This document shows positions 39,582 to 48,859 of a DNA stretch of 59,621 nt, piece after piece. The stretch lies in the sequence record PZ049713.1, one strand, 5' to 3'. Within the stretch, counting starts at the first letter, position 1. The number at the start of each line of letters is the position of its first letter. Source of the DNA: a phage. The notes beneath the pieces are model-generated. The model saw only the letters and a list, made by a program, of their open reading frames with translations, ran no database searches and was not told the DNA's origin. The translations under genes were made by a program, and so were the position numbers.

Positions 39582-40723
39582 CAGAACAATCTCCCAAGGG
39601 ATGCTGCGAATTCGTAAGGGTCTTTAGCGCTCTTGCGCAGGTTGCAAGGCGGGCACGCGATAACCAGATTGTCGACCACGTGCATTCCACCCTTCGATAG
39701 CGGCTGATAGTGGTCAACGTGATAGTTGTTTTCACACTTTGATTTGCACCAGTGGCAAAACTTTGGAACTGATCGCTCCCAGGCCATAATCACGGACGTA
39801 CTATCGCCACCAGCCTCTAGCTGTCTGCGCCTAGCCTTGTACGCTTTAGATATCGCCTTCCTGATCTCTGGATTCTTCTTTGCCCACTCTTTGGCTTTCT
39901 GCGCCCTTACTTCCCTGTTTTGTTCGTTGCGAATTCTCGCAAGTTGAATGATCCGATCCCTGTTTTCAGCAAGGTATTTCCGGTCGTACTCTTTTTTAAG
40001 TTCAGACCGTGAGAAAATTGCCAAGCACTCGACACATGATCCGGAGGCTGTATATTTCATGCCGCTGTGGCCCTTCGAGCACGGCCGTCCGACATACATT
40101 AAGGCGCCGCTTTCGAGCGCTATCTTTCGTGCGCTCTTGGCTATCCTGCGCTCCTTGCGACGAGCAGCTACCTCCGCCAGCCGAGACGATCGCTCTTCTG
40201 AGATTCGCTTGCGCTCTGCCTTCCCCTTCTCGTACTCCTCCAGCGTCATTCCGAACTTGGCGGCTGCCGATATAGCCTCGCATGTCCGGCAGCGATCAGT
40301 TGATACGTAGCGCTCTGCTGAATGTCCGTTAACGCACGGCAATCCGATGCTGTAGAACATCAGCCCGGCATCCATAGCAGCTTGCCGGAGAGAAGCGCGC
40401 CGTTCCCTCTCAGCTTTCCGCACGGCCAGCCCTGGATCTCGCTTCAGCCGTCGCGACATTTTCTTCTCTGCGCACAAAGGGTCAGAGTCACGCCGCAGCT
40501 TTTGCTCAGCGCGCTCGGCCTCTATGTTCGCGTGATACTTAGCTTTCCTCTTCAGCCTGGCGCACTCACAGCACGCGCCATTGATCGTGGCCCTGCTGGC
40601 GACGTGACCGGCAGGGCAAGGCTTGCCAGTGAAATAGGATTTGCTGCCGGCCTCCTTCGCCTCTTTTCGGCTGCAAGGAAGGTTCAAGTCATCTTGATCT
40701 TTGTTAGAATTCAAATCAGCCAT
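39581..40723 (-). CDS. HNH endonuclease with three N-terminal zinc-module repeats
   Basis: ~380 aa from ATG at 40723; C-terminal HVDHYQPLSKGG...NLVIACPPCNLRKS; three YFTG/YSIG/YVGxPC...GH...CxEC repeats. Confidence 0.65.
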   Translation of the reverse strand: MADLNSNKDQDDLNLPCSRKEAKEAGSKSYFTGKPCPAGHVASRATINGACCECARLKRKAKYHANIEAERAEQKLRRDSDPLCAEKKMSRRLKRDPGLAVRKAERERRASLRQAAMDAGLMFYSIGLPCVNGHSAERYVSTDRCRTCEAISAAAKFGMTLEEYEKGKAERKRISEERSSRLAEVAARRKERRIAKSARKIALESGALMYVGRPCSKGHSGMKYTASGSCVECLAIFSRSELKKEYDRKYLAENRDRIIQLARIRNEQNREVRAQKAKEWAKKNPEIRKAISKAYKARRRQLEAGGDSTSVIMAWERSVPKFCHWCKSKCENNYHVDHYQPLSKGGMHVVDNLVIACPPCNLRKSAKDPYEFAASLGRLF

Positions 40724-40806
40724 TTGTCGCTCCCATATAGCGCTAATGGTTAGGGCCGGCAGTGTGTTCCCGCACTCTGCTGGCCCGTTCAATTCTACCA
40801 AATTAA

Positions 40807-41934
40807 TCAAGCACATAACATTTCCGGCACAACTTCGTTAACTGCTACTCGCCCATATTCCTTGTGGTAGGTAATACCTATTGCGCGGCGGTTAGAGGCA
40901 TAGCCGAGTCTGGCTGCATATGATCCGGTCGCAGTCAGCGTCGGATGCCTGCGAACTATCATTCCGTTATGCGTAGCGACCTCTTCCTTGTGGTAGTGGC
41001 CGGTGTGCGCCTCTCTGTGCTTTGTGCAGCCCCAAATCTCGGGGAAGTTCGCCGCGAAGATGCCCGGCAGGTCCGAATTGCGCGCCTTGTGGCCGTGATG
41101 AAAGCCGAGCATCGTCTTGCCGTGCTGGTAGACGTAATACGGCGTCTCGCTCATGTTCACTTTCAATCTCGGCTCGTTTTCATATAGAGCCTCGAACATA
41201 TGGCGCAACCACAGCGATCCGGCCAAGTCATGGTTGCCCTCTGCAATTACCAGATGGACTTCCTCGTGCTTTGCCAGCGCCATATCAATAATGCTGCGTA
41301 GAACTTTGATACTAACCCGCACCAACTCTGCATATATGCCAGAGACGTTGAGCGGGTGCCGATTGGTTGGCGTTACTGGCTCCAGTCCGTCAAACGTCAG
41401 GAAGTCGCCTAGCTGGTTGATGACGCAATATCTCGCCTTGGCCGATGCGTTGATCATTGCGGCAAAGCAGCCGACAAGCACGCGCTCGGCTTCTTCGAGG
41501 TTCCAGTCGGCGCCACCCTGGATGGCAGTCGCGTATTCCCCGATGTGACAGTCCGTCAGGGTGTACAGGTTGCACAGCGCGTCGTCGGTTTGGGCAGGCC
41601 CGCCCATTGGCGCCAAGCGGTCTATCTGTTCGCCCATTGCTGCGGCTGCGGCGTGCATTAGCTCTAGCTGCCGTTCGTGGTCGATGCTGGACTTGACCCA
41701 CTGCAGCTTCTGCTCGCCGTCCTTGCCGTACAGTGTCGACGTGCCTTTCAGGTGGAAGCCGTCCGGCACGCTCTTGGTCATGTCGTGCTCCGGGCTCCAC
41801 CCCTGACGAGCCAAGCGCGCCTTATGGGTGTAGACGTTGCGCTCGTGCAGCCCAAGGATCTGCGCAGCCTCTGCCACAGTGCGGCCAGTCAGCGCGGCCT
41901 TGATTTCGTCGTCTGTCGCTTTGCGTGCGGCCAT
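40807..41934 (-). CDS. HTH-containing calcineurin-like metallophosphoesterase
   Basis: 375 aa; N-terminal HTH-like stretch; TDCHIG, GDFLTFDG, EGNHD, GFHHGH motifs. Confidence 0.5.
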   Translation of the reverse strand: MAARKATDDEIKAALTGRTVAEAAQILGLHERNVYTHKARLARQGWSPEHDMTKSVPDGFHLKGTSTLYGKDGEQKLQWVKSSIDHERQLELMHAAAAAMGEQIDRLAPMGGPAQTDDALCNLYTLTDCHIGEYATAIQGGADWNLEEAERVLVGCFAAMINASAKARYCVINQLGDFLTFDGLEPVTPTNRHPLNVSGIYAELVRVSIKVLRSIIDMALAKHEEVHLVIAEGNHDLAGSLWLRHMFEALYENEPRLKVNMSETPYYVYQHGKTMLGFHHGHKARNSDLPGIFAANFPEIWGCTKHREAHTGHYHKEEVATHNGMIVRRHPTLTATGSYAARLGYASNRRAIGITYHKEYGRVAVNEVVPEMLCA

Positions 41935-42299
41935 TAGGCTGCCTCCCCCGAGGTGTACTGCATGATGCGAACGCGTACCGCGCCGCCCTTCACGGTTTCG
42001 TCGCTCACGCTGAGCTGAGTCACGAACCGGTTGTCATCGATGCCCAGCGCGTCTGCCAGGCCGTCTCTGCCCGCCTTGAACGCGGCGAGCATGTTGTCGT
42101 CGTCCCGCTTGCGCCGATCGGGCGGCAGGAACTCGATTGCGAGCAGTGCGCGGCCTTCCGGCATTACCAGCCCGGCCGCCTTGCAGAGCAGGTGGCAGTC
42201 GGCTCGGTACTTCTTGGCGATCGGCGCCTTTGCTCGCCAGTGCTTGCGCGAGTTCGGGCTGAGTTCCTTCGGCGGCCAGGGCAGCAGGACTTCGGTCAT
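41934..42299 (-). CDS. rusA: RusA-like Holliday junction resolvase
   Basis: 121 aa; N-terminal ...PPKELSPNSRKHWR...; position in nin-like region. Confidence 0.65.
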   Translation of the reverse strand: MTEVLLPWPPKELSPNSRKHWRAKAPIAKKYRADCHLLCKAAGLVMPEGRALLAIEFLPPDRRKRDDDNMLAAFKAGRDGLADALGIDDNRFVTQLSVSDETVKGGAVRVRIMQYTSGEAA

Positions 42300-42523
42300 C
42301 TACTCCCCCTCGCCTTCGCTTCCAGCGCAGCGCGCACCATCTTGCGCAGCAGCGGGCTCATCCTCGACAGTTCGGCCGATACCCACTGGCGCCACTTCGG
42401 CAGACCCATTGGCTTGCAGCGCTCCCGCATCTTGTCCGCGATTGCGAGAGCAAGTGCTTCCGCATTGGCCTTTGCAGTCAGGCCTTCCGCTGTTAATCCA
42501 CGCCTCGCCGCAGAGCACTTCAT
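42296..42523 (-). CDS. Hypothetical protein
   Basis: 75-aa ORF, ATGA overlap with rusA. Confidence 0.35.
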   Translation of the reverse strand: MKCSAARRGLTAEGLTAKANAEALALAIADKMRERCKPMGLPKWRQWVSAELSRMSPLLRKMVRAALEAKARGSR

Positions 42524-42559
42524 CGCCTAGCCTCGCCTGTACGTCGATTCGAGAGAGCT

Positions 42560-42889
42560 TCATACGATGTACGCCTTCTCTTCTGGAGTGCGGCAGTCGA
42601 TGGTGTTCTGCTGGCCGAACTCTGGCGGCAGGCGGTCCTCGGCCAACTTCGCGTAGCCTTGGATGTCGTGCCAGTTGTCGGCGTAGTTCGGGTCGCCTGA
42701 GAGGATGCGCCCCACCTTGTCTGCGATTACCTCGAGCGATTGCTTCTGCACGTCAGTCAGGCGATCCCAGCCGGCTTCGGCGCACATGGTGCGTTTCAGG
42801 TTCTGGCAGATCCGGGCGTGGTCGGTGAAGTCGCCGTAACGGCTGCCGCGCTCTGCCAGGGTTTGTGCGAGTTTGTTTGCGTCAGTCAT
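42560..42889 (-). CDS. Hypothetical protein
   Basis: ~109 aa from ATG at 42889 (MTDANKL...) with AGGAAG SD; ORF-track frame 42560-43054. Confidence 0.4.
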   Translation of the reverse strand: MTDANKLAQTLAERGSRYGDFTDHARICQNLKRTMCAEAGWDRLTDVQKQSLEVIADKVGRILSGDPNYADNWHDIQGYAKLAEDRLPPEFGQQNTIDCRTPEEKAYIV

Positions 42890-43043
42890 TGCGGCTTCCT
42901 GTCTTGTCTGTTGTTTGCGATCAGGGGGAGCTGGCCGGGCTTTAGCGGCCATGGGTGTTCCTTGCGGCAGTCGTGGCACCAGACGATCTGGCGGCTGCTG
43001 AATGCCGTGGTGTCGTGGTTGGCGTTGGTGGGGCATGGGACTT

Positions 43044-43349
43044 TCAAGCTGCACCCCGCACAGTCAGCACGCCGGCCTGAATCAGCGCGATATGCGTTTC
43101 GGCGATTGCGCGCGGCATGTCCTGCCAGTCCACCTCGCCCCGGCCACGGCCATCGATTGCGTCGTGGCACGAGCTGCAGGCGAACACAGCAACGGTGTCC
43201 AGCCCTTTCATACCGACCCCGCGCTGGCCACATGGCAGGTGTGCCAGAACGGTGGTCTCGGGGTTGAAGTTGCAGACGCCCGGAATGCGGACGGTACAGT
43301 CCTGGCCGCGGGCGCTGTCGCGGAGCTTCTTGGAGACGATGCGGGTCAT
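43044..43349 (-). CDS. Cys-rich nin-region protein (DUF1364/YbcO-like candidate)
   Basis: 101 aa; cysteine clusters CTVRIPGVC and CSSCHDAIDG. Confidence 0.35.
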   Translation of the reverse strand: MTRIVSKKLRDSARGQDCTVRIPGVCNFNPETTVLAHLPCGQRGVGMKGLDTVAVFACSSCHDAIDGRGRGEVDWQDMPRAIAETHIALIQAGVLTVRGAA

Positions 43350-43786
43350 GCTGCCCTCCGCTCGCCATAGATGGCGTACATCAGGTCTTCCGGGTGCGGC
43401 AGCAGCAGGCCCAGCTGCTCGGCGCAGTAGGCGTCAAGCAGCTCCAGGTAAGTGGTCATCTGCTGGATCGTGAAGGCTCGAGTCTTGGCTCGGCCTACCC
43501 GGTACCGGGCGCCGTCCGGCAGCTCTACCGGGTGCACCTCGGACGGCCATAGCTTGCTGACCAGGATCTCGTGCCATTCCTCAGCGCTGGCGATCTGCCC
43601 GAACGACTCGCGAAGGTGCTGCTGGATCAGGCCGTTCCACTGCCAGAGCAGACGGTTTTGGGCGTCGGAGCGCTTGCTGCGAATCTCGGTGATTGCGACC
43701 TTGCGAGGCTTGGAGAGGTCCAAGCCCTGCAGGAAGCTGATCAGGCGCTGGCGGTCCATGTCGGAGCGGAGCATGAGGTCAGCCAT
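43346..43786 (-). CDS. ninB: NinB (Orf) family recombination protein
   Basis: 146 aa; ...RSDAQNRLLWQWNG... parallels the lambda NinB ...RSLDQNRKLWACLG... region; same length. Confidence 0.7.
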   Translation of the reverse strand: MADLMLRSDMDRQRLISFLQGLDLSKPRKVAITEIRSKRSDAQNRLLWQWNGLIQQHLRESFGQIASAEEWHEILVSKLWPSEVHPVELPDGARYRVGRAKTRAFTIQQMTTYLELLDAYCAEQLGLLLPHPEDLMYAIYGERRAA

Positions 43787-44480
43787 TTACGCGGCCTCCT
43801 TCAAAGCTGGCAGCGAGCTCAACGAATGCTGCGTAAGCCACTGCTGCCACTTGCCCGTTTCCAGAGGAGCGGTATCGGTCCACCCTTCCGGCCATCCCAT
43901 CAGCCACTCGTGGATTTCCGGGCTCGGACGCCCAAACACTCGCCGGAACTCGCGCGCGGCCGGCCACTTCTGCATTGAATCGGCGCAGTAGTTCGCCTTG
44001 GTCGTCGGCGTGTGCAAGTAGCCAGTAGCGCTGCCGAACGTGGTCAGCACCCAGGTCTGCCGCGGAGAGGGGAAGCATTCGGACTTGGTAACCCATGCGA
44101 ACGAGGTCGCGTCCGGCTTCTTCAATTGCTCGCTCGGCGACGTTCTCGGCGAAGACAAGCCTGGGAGCGACATCTGCCACGATCCGGCGCATCTCCGGCC
44201 AAAGGTTTTCAGCGTTGTTGCGTCCAGCAGCGGCAGTGCTGAAGGCCTGGCAGGGAAAGCCTCCAGATACGACGTCAACAATTCCGCGCCACGGTAGGCC
44301 GTCAAACGTTCGAACGTCATCCCAGATGGGGAACGGCGGGAGGACTCCATCGTTTTGTCGCTGGACCAGTACCCGCTGACAGTGCTCGTCGTGCTCGACG
44401 GCGCAGACAGGAGTGATGCCGAGCAGGTGGCTTGCGAGCAGGCCGCCACCAACGCCCGCGAATAGAGAAAGCTCATACAC
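43779..44480 (-). CDS. Compact DNA (cytosine-5)-methyltransferase, orphan
   Basis: 233 aa; motif I LFAGVGGG, motif IV GGFPCQAFS, motif VI ENV, motif VIII RQRYWLL; no adjacent restriction endonuclease recognised. Confidence 0.8.
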   Translation of the reverse strand: MYELSLFAGVGGGLLASHLLGITPVCAVEHDEHCQRVLVQRQNDGVLPPFPIWDDVRTFDGLPWRGIVDVVSGGFPCQAFSTAAAGRNNAENLWPEMRRIVADVAPRLVFAENVAERAIEEAGRDLVRMGYQVRMLPLSAADLGADHVRQRYWLLAHADDQGELLRRFNAEVAGRARVPASVWASEPGNPRVADGMAGRVDRYRSSGNGQVAAVAYAAFVELAASFEGGRVNG

Positions 44481-44736
44481 GGCGCGCCTCCCGCTTGTCG
44501 TGGTCGTCCTGGCATTCCTTGCAGCGCACGGCGTTCTTGACTGCGTGTAGCCGGCGCGGGTCGATGTCCTCGCCGCAATCCAGGCAGTCCGGCCGGCTTT
44601 CGCCAGTCATGCGCGACAGCACCATCGCCACGCCACCGATACGATCCGCTTCCTCTAGGCCAGAGGCGCGGTCTGTTACGTCGGGAGCCGTGCGGGCCTG
44701 CTCGAAGGCTTCGGCCATTTCCATGTAGTCGGTCAT
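44473..44736 (-). CDS. TraR/DksA-family C4 zinc-finger protein
   Basis: 87 aa; CLDCGEDI...(17 aa)...CKEC. Confidence 0.65.
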   Translation of the reverse strand: MTDYMEMAEAFEQARTAPDVTDRASGLEEADRIGGVAMVLSRMTGESRPDCLDCGEDIDPRRLHAVKNAVRCKECQDDHDKREARRV

Positions 44737-44891
44737 TTCCGTGCTCCTACGCCGCGCTGGGTGCTTCCGTCAGCACAGACGACGCGATGGTCATTGCCGC
44801 GTGATAGGCCTATGCCGGTCGCGGTGGTTTTTCGTATCTGGTAGCCCTGGCGCTGCAGGAGCTGGATGGCGTGCTGCTGGATAGGGGTCAT
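44733..44891 (-). CDS. Small protein (52 aa), translationally coupled between dnaB and traR-like gene
   Basis: Not in ORF track; ATGA overlap with dnaB stop and ATGA overlap with the traR-like start; reads MTPIQQHAIQLLQRQGYQIRK... Confidence 0.35.
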   Translation of the reverse strand: MTPIQQHAIQLLQRQGYQIRKTTATGIGLSRGNDHRVVCADGSTQRGVGARK

Positions 44892-46258
44892 GCGAAATCC
44901 CCCGATGCACTGCGACTGCGGAACCGGCCCATCTCAACTTCTTCCTGGCTGATCTCGCGCGCACCCGCGAAGCTCACGAACCGCGCGAACTGGCCTTGCT
45001 GCTGAAGGAGGCACGAGCCAACTTGCGCATGACGGCACTTTGTCATCAGGATTTCGGTGACGCCGTTCTGGCCTTCCTCGGTGTCCATGTCCCGGTGAAC
45101 CATGAGGATGCAGTGGGCGTCTGCCTCGATTTCGCCAGAGTCGCGCAGGTCAGCCGAGACGGGCTTTTTGCCTACGCGTTTGGTCGAATCACGGTTGAGC
45201 TGGGAAAGCAGGATTACGGGAATCCCAAGCTCTTTGGAGAGGTTCAACATCGCTTTGCTGATCTTGCCGACCTCTTCCGAGCGACTGCGCCCCTTCGCGT
45301 CAGCCGGGATCAGGCCGAGGTAATCGACCATCACGATGTCAAGGCCATGGTTGCGCTGAACCTGACGGGCTATCGACCGAATGCGCGCCGGGGTCATTCC
45401 AGGGCGGTCGCAGACGTAAAGTGGCTTGTCGACACACTTGGCTACTGCGGCGGTCATGCCCTGCCAATCGCCGTCCTGCATGTCTACGCCAGAGTCGAGC
45501 CGGCCGATATCAACCGACCCGAGAGATGCAATGACGCGCTGGCCAAGCTCTTCCTCTGGCATTTCCAGACTGAAGACCAGGCCAACACCCGCGCCGATCA
45601 TTGCGATGTTCTGAACGATCTGCAGGCCAAGCGTCGTCTTGCCGCTGCCAGGCAGGCCGGCAATCACGGTGACAGTACGGGGACGTAGGTGTCGGGTCAG
45701 CTTGTCGAGGTCAGGCAAGCCGGTGGAAAGCCCCACGACGCGCTTACCGTTGTGCTTCTCGTCGATCGTGTCGACGTTCTTGCGCACGATTTCGTCGATT
45801 CGCTTGTAGCCTGGCTCTCCGTCTTCCAAGTCGCGCAGGTCGGCCATCGCCTGCTGTGCGCTCGCGATAATGTCTGCAAGCGGCTTTTCCTCGGTCGCCA
45901 TCTCTGTCACGGCATTGGCGGCGTCCACCAGTCGGCGCAGAACGGCACGCTCGCGCACGGCTTTGGCATACGCTTCCCAGTTCGCCGTGCTGTAGGTGGC
46001 CTTTGCGATCTCTCCGGCATAGGCGATAGTCGAGTCGCCAGAAGGCAGCTCAGGGCGGAAGATCCCGACCGTCACAGGGTCGATAGGCTCGCCAGCGGCG
46101 TGGCAGTCGAGAATGGCCTGATACAGCGCGGCGTTTTCGATGTCGTAGAAGTCAGCCGCCACGACCTTGCCGCTGATCGCGTCAAACAGGCTCGGGTCGA
46201 GCATCATCGCGCCAAGCACGCCCCATTCGGCTTCGACGCTGTACAGTTCGCGGCTCAT
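44888..46258 (-). CDS. dnaB: Replicative DNA helicase DnaB
   Basis: 456 aa; Walker A GLPGSGKTT; RecA-like C-terminal domain. Confidence 0.9.
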   Translation of the reverse strand: MSRELYSVEAEWGVLGAMMLDPSLFDAISGKVVAADFYDIENAALYQAILDCHAAGEPIDPVTVGIFRPELPSGDSTIAYAGEIAKATYSTANWEAYAKAVRERAVLRRLVDAANAVTEMATEEKPLADIIASAQQAMADLRDLEDGEPGYKRIDEIVRKNVDTIDEKHNGKRVVGLSTGLPDLDKLTRHLRPRTVTVIAGLPGSGKTTLGLQIVQNIAMIGAGVGLVFSLEMPEEELGQRVIASLGSVDIGRLDSGVDMQDGDWQGMTAAVAKCVDKPLYVCDRPGMTPARIRSIARQVQRNHGLDIVMVDYLGLIPADAKGRSRSEEVGKISKAMLNLSKELGIPVILLSQLNRDSTKRVGKKPVSADLRDSGEIEADAHCILMVHRDMDTEEGQNGVTEILMTKCRHAQVGSCLLQQQGQFARFVSFAGAREISQEEVEMGRFRSRSASGDFA

Positions 46259-47046
46259 ACCTCACCCCCGCGCGCCGAGTCCCAATCAAAGATCACTGCT
46301 AGGCCTCCGTTTTCGCGCAGCCGGTCAAGCGCGCGATCGCCGATGTATGCAGCCAGCTCAGCGCTTGGCAGGTTCGAAGTCACGATGGTGGGAAACATGT
46401 TCCGGTAGCGGGCGTCGATGATCGTGTGCAGCGCCTGGCGCTCGAACTCGGTTCCGCCCTGGGCGCCGATCTCGTCGATCAGCAGCAGATCAACACTTGC
46501 CAGCTCTTCGAAAATCGCCTGCTCAGTCACCGCAGAGTCGCGCCCAAAACTGGACTTGATTGCGGCGATGATGTCGGCGGCCGGCACATAGAGCGCCGTC
46601 GCGCCGTACTGGCGAACCACGGCCTTGAGCACGGCGCAGCCAAGATGGGTCTTGCCGTTGCCGAAGTTCCCCAGCAGCAGCAAGCAGCGGCCTGCGTCGT
46701 AGTTCTCTTGGAACTGATCGACATAGGCTCGGCACTCATCGAGAGCGGCCTTCTGTCCAGCCAGCGGCGTGCGGTAGTTATCCAGCGAGCACTGACGGAA
46801 ACGTGCGGCGATGCCAGTTGCAAACAGAGCAGCGTTGACCGCCTCCCACTGCTTCGACTCGACGGCAGCGGCACGTGCAGCTTCGTCCGTCCCGTGGATG
46901 GCATCGAACCGGCAGCGCGGGCATCCGGTGACGCGGTGCTTGTCGTCAAATGATTCGATCAAGGTACGCTGGTACTCGCCGTGCAGTTCGCACTGCTCCG
47001 GGCGAGATTTGATCCGCGGCGAGGCGCCGAAGTTAGAAGTTCGCAC
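46255..47046 (-). CDS. DnaC/IstB-like helicase loader ATPase
   Basis: 263 aa; Walker A GNFGNGKTH, Walker B LLLIDEIG. Confidence 0.7.
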   Translation of the reverse strand: MRTSNFGASPRIKSRPEQCELHGEYQRTLIESFDDKHRVTGCPRCRFDAIHGTDEAARAAAVESKQWEAVNAALFATGIAARFRQCSLDNYRTPLAGQKAALDECRAYVDQFQENYDAGRCLLLLGNFGNGKTHLGCAVLKAVVRQYGATALYVPAADIIAAIKSSFGRDSAVTEQAIFEELASVDLLLIDEIGAQGGTEFERQALHTIIDARYRNMFPTIVTSNLPSAELAAYIGDRALDRLRENGGLAVIFDWDSARGGEV

Positions 47047-47842
47047 GACGAACCCCCAGGCGCTTGTTCTCTTCGGTCTTGGCGCGGATCTCTGCGGCGT
47101 TCACGGGCGGCAGGTTGGTGAATCGCGACATCTGGATCGGGCGGACATTGGCGGTCACCTTCTCAGGGAACAATCCGGTCCAGCCATTGGTGATCGAGAG
47201 CAGGATCACGGCGTCAGGGCTCGCGTGACCTTCCAGTTCCTTCGCCTGACGCTTGCAGCTCGTTTCGGTCAGCGGCTTGCGGATTTCCTTGCGGTGAGCA
47301 ACCCAGTCTGCCCAAACCTCAGCGGACACGTTGGCAGGCTTTGCAGCCAGAGCATCAAACTTCTTTCCCTTCGCCGGCGCGTCAGCGCCGTGCTCTTTCG
47401 GATCATTGATGGTTAAAGGATGGTTAAAGGACGGATTGGGTGCAGGAGCTGCACCCCGTTCTGTCGTGAGCTGCACCCCGTTCGTGCATGAGCTGCACCC
47501 CGTTGTGTCGTCAGATTCACCCCGTTCAGAACCGGGTGCATCTGCTGCACCCCGATCCATGCACAGGTCATATACCACTGGACGGCGGTCGTGGCGGTCA
47601 ATGTAGGCCGCAGCGATCGCCTGATTGCCCAGGGTGATTACCTCAGCCTCACGCAGAGACTCCAGCGCCGTGCGGATCGTGCGAACGGACAGGCCGGTGT
47701 CTTCGCTCAGGCTGCTTGCGGAAGGGAATGCGGCCTTACCATTCTTATCGGCGTAGTTCGCCAGGCACAGAAGAACATGGCGCGCCGTTGGCGAGGTAAC
47801 GATGCGCTGCTCAAGCGCCCAGGTCATGGCTTGAACACTCAT
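47033..47842 (-). CDS. Replication initiator (lambda O-like) containing ori iterons
   Basis: ~269 aa from ATG at 47842 (MSVQAMTWALEQ...); N-terminal HTH-like region; iterons in mid-gene. Confidence 0.6.
   Translation of the reverse strand: MSVQAMTWALEQRIVTSPTARHVLLCLANYADKNGKAAFPSASSLSEDTGLSVRTIRTALESLREAEVITLGNQAIAAAYIDRHDRRPVVYDLCMDRGAADAPGSERGESDDTTGCSSCTNGVQLTTERGAAPAPNPSFNHPLTINDPKEHGADAPAKGKKFDALAAKPANVSAEVWADWVAHRKEIRKPLTETSCKRQAKELEGHASPDAVILLSITNGWTGLFPEKVTANVRPIQMSRFTNLPPVNAAEIRAKTEENKRLGVRRANF
47446..47555. repeat. Iteron array (origin of replication candidate) inside initiator gene
   Basis: GAGCTGCACCCCGTT at 47446, 47468 and 47490 (22-bp period), with degenerate copies near 47516 and 47541; adjacent tandem ATGGTTAAAGG x2 at 47409-47430. 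Confidence 0.65.
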
Positions 47843-47843
47843 C

Positions 47844-48074
47844 TCAAATCTCCAGCTCGTCAGTGACGCGCTTGATGAACTCGTCGTAGCTCTCGGCCAT
47901 CTGAATACCCAGCTCTTCCAGGGCGCCGCGATAAGCCTTGGCCGATCCGTAGAGAGCCCAGCGATCACGCTCATGCAGATGCTTGAATGCCGAGTAGGAA
48001 GGCCACGGCCCTGCGATAACGGCGCTTGCGCGCTGCTGGTCGATGGTGTTGCGGTGGAAGTCGTGTTGGCGCAT
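47844..48074 (-). CDS. Hypothetical protein
   Basis: 76-aa ORF ending 1 nt before the initiator start. Confidence 0.4.
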   Translation of the reverse strand: MRQHDFHRNTIDQQRASAVIAGPWPSYSAFKHLHERDRWALYGSAKAYRGALEELGIQMAESYDEFIKRVTDELEI

Positions 48075-48145
48075 AATTCACTCCAGTTCAGTTGTACCGC
48101 TGTTGAGAGCCCACCCTGTCCGGTGGGCTTTTTATTGCCTGCGAT

Positions 48146-48568
48146 TCAGGCGACCTTTACCGACTCGATCAGCACGTCGAGGCTCTTTTGCGCCTCTCCG
48201 ATCTCGCGCTTGATCAAGGCTTTCTCGGTTTGGGATACATGGCCGTCTTCCAGCGCTGCGGTGACGGCGCGGGTCACGTCGGCGACCTCTGCGTGCATGT
48301 GCAGGACGGCTGTGGAAAGCTGTTCCGACTTGGGGCGCTCCTTGGCTACCAGCTCGAAGCCGAACGAATCAGCCAGCGCTTCCAAGGGGCGCATATCGCC
48401 TGTGTGCAGCAGGATTCCGAACAGGTGCTCGATGGTCAGGTGATGGGCATCGTTGTCCGGGTTTGCGCGCTGAAGCAGGCTCACATGCGGAACGCCCATC
48501 TTTGCTGCCAGGGCCTTGGCTTCGTGGTCCAGCACTGCGGACTGGGTGGCTCTGAGGAAATCTTCCAT
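48146..48568 (-). CDS. CII-like regulatory protein candidate
   Basis: 140 aa; position between cro and replication genes; resemblance to CII (CP76)-type regulators recalled, not verified. Confidence 0.4.
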   Translation of the reverse strand: MEDFLRATQSAVLDHEAKALAAKMGVPHVSLLQRANPDNDAHHLTIEHLFGILLHTGDMRPLEALADSFGFELVAKERPKSEQLSTAVLHMHAEVADVTRAVTAALEDGHVSQTEKALIKREIGEAQKSLDVLIESVKVA

Positions 48569-48655
48569 CGCGTAAAACCTCTTTTCTCTTTCCGTGGAGC
48601 CCTACCGTTCGTCGGGCAATACTGGATTCATGGAAACCACTGACAGGGATGTCGC

Positions 48656-48838
48656 TTATGCAGCTACTGGAGCCTTGCGAACCGCCTTGAACTTGCCGCG
48701 GGACAGGACCTGAATTTGGTACTGGCGAGACTCGGGAACCGTCTCCCCCCACATGGTTACTGCGCTGGGGCGGATACCGAGGGCGTCCGCTAGCTTCTTC
48801 TTGCTGCCGAAGAAATCGGCCACGTCTTGAGTCTTCAT
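48656..48838 (-). CDS. cro: Cro-like HTH repressor
   Basis: 60 aa; HTH ...KKKLADALGIRPSAVTMW...; divergent from cI across an operator region. Confidence 0.7.
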   Translation of the reverse strand: MKTQDVADFFGSKKKLADALGIRPSAVTMWGETVPESRQYQIQVLSRGKFKAVRKAPVAA

Positions 48839-48859
48839 TGCTCGACCTCGGGTTAGCTT

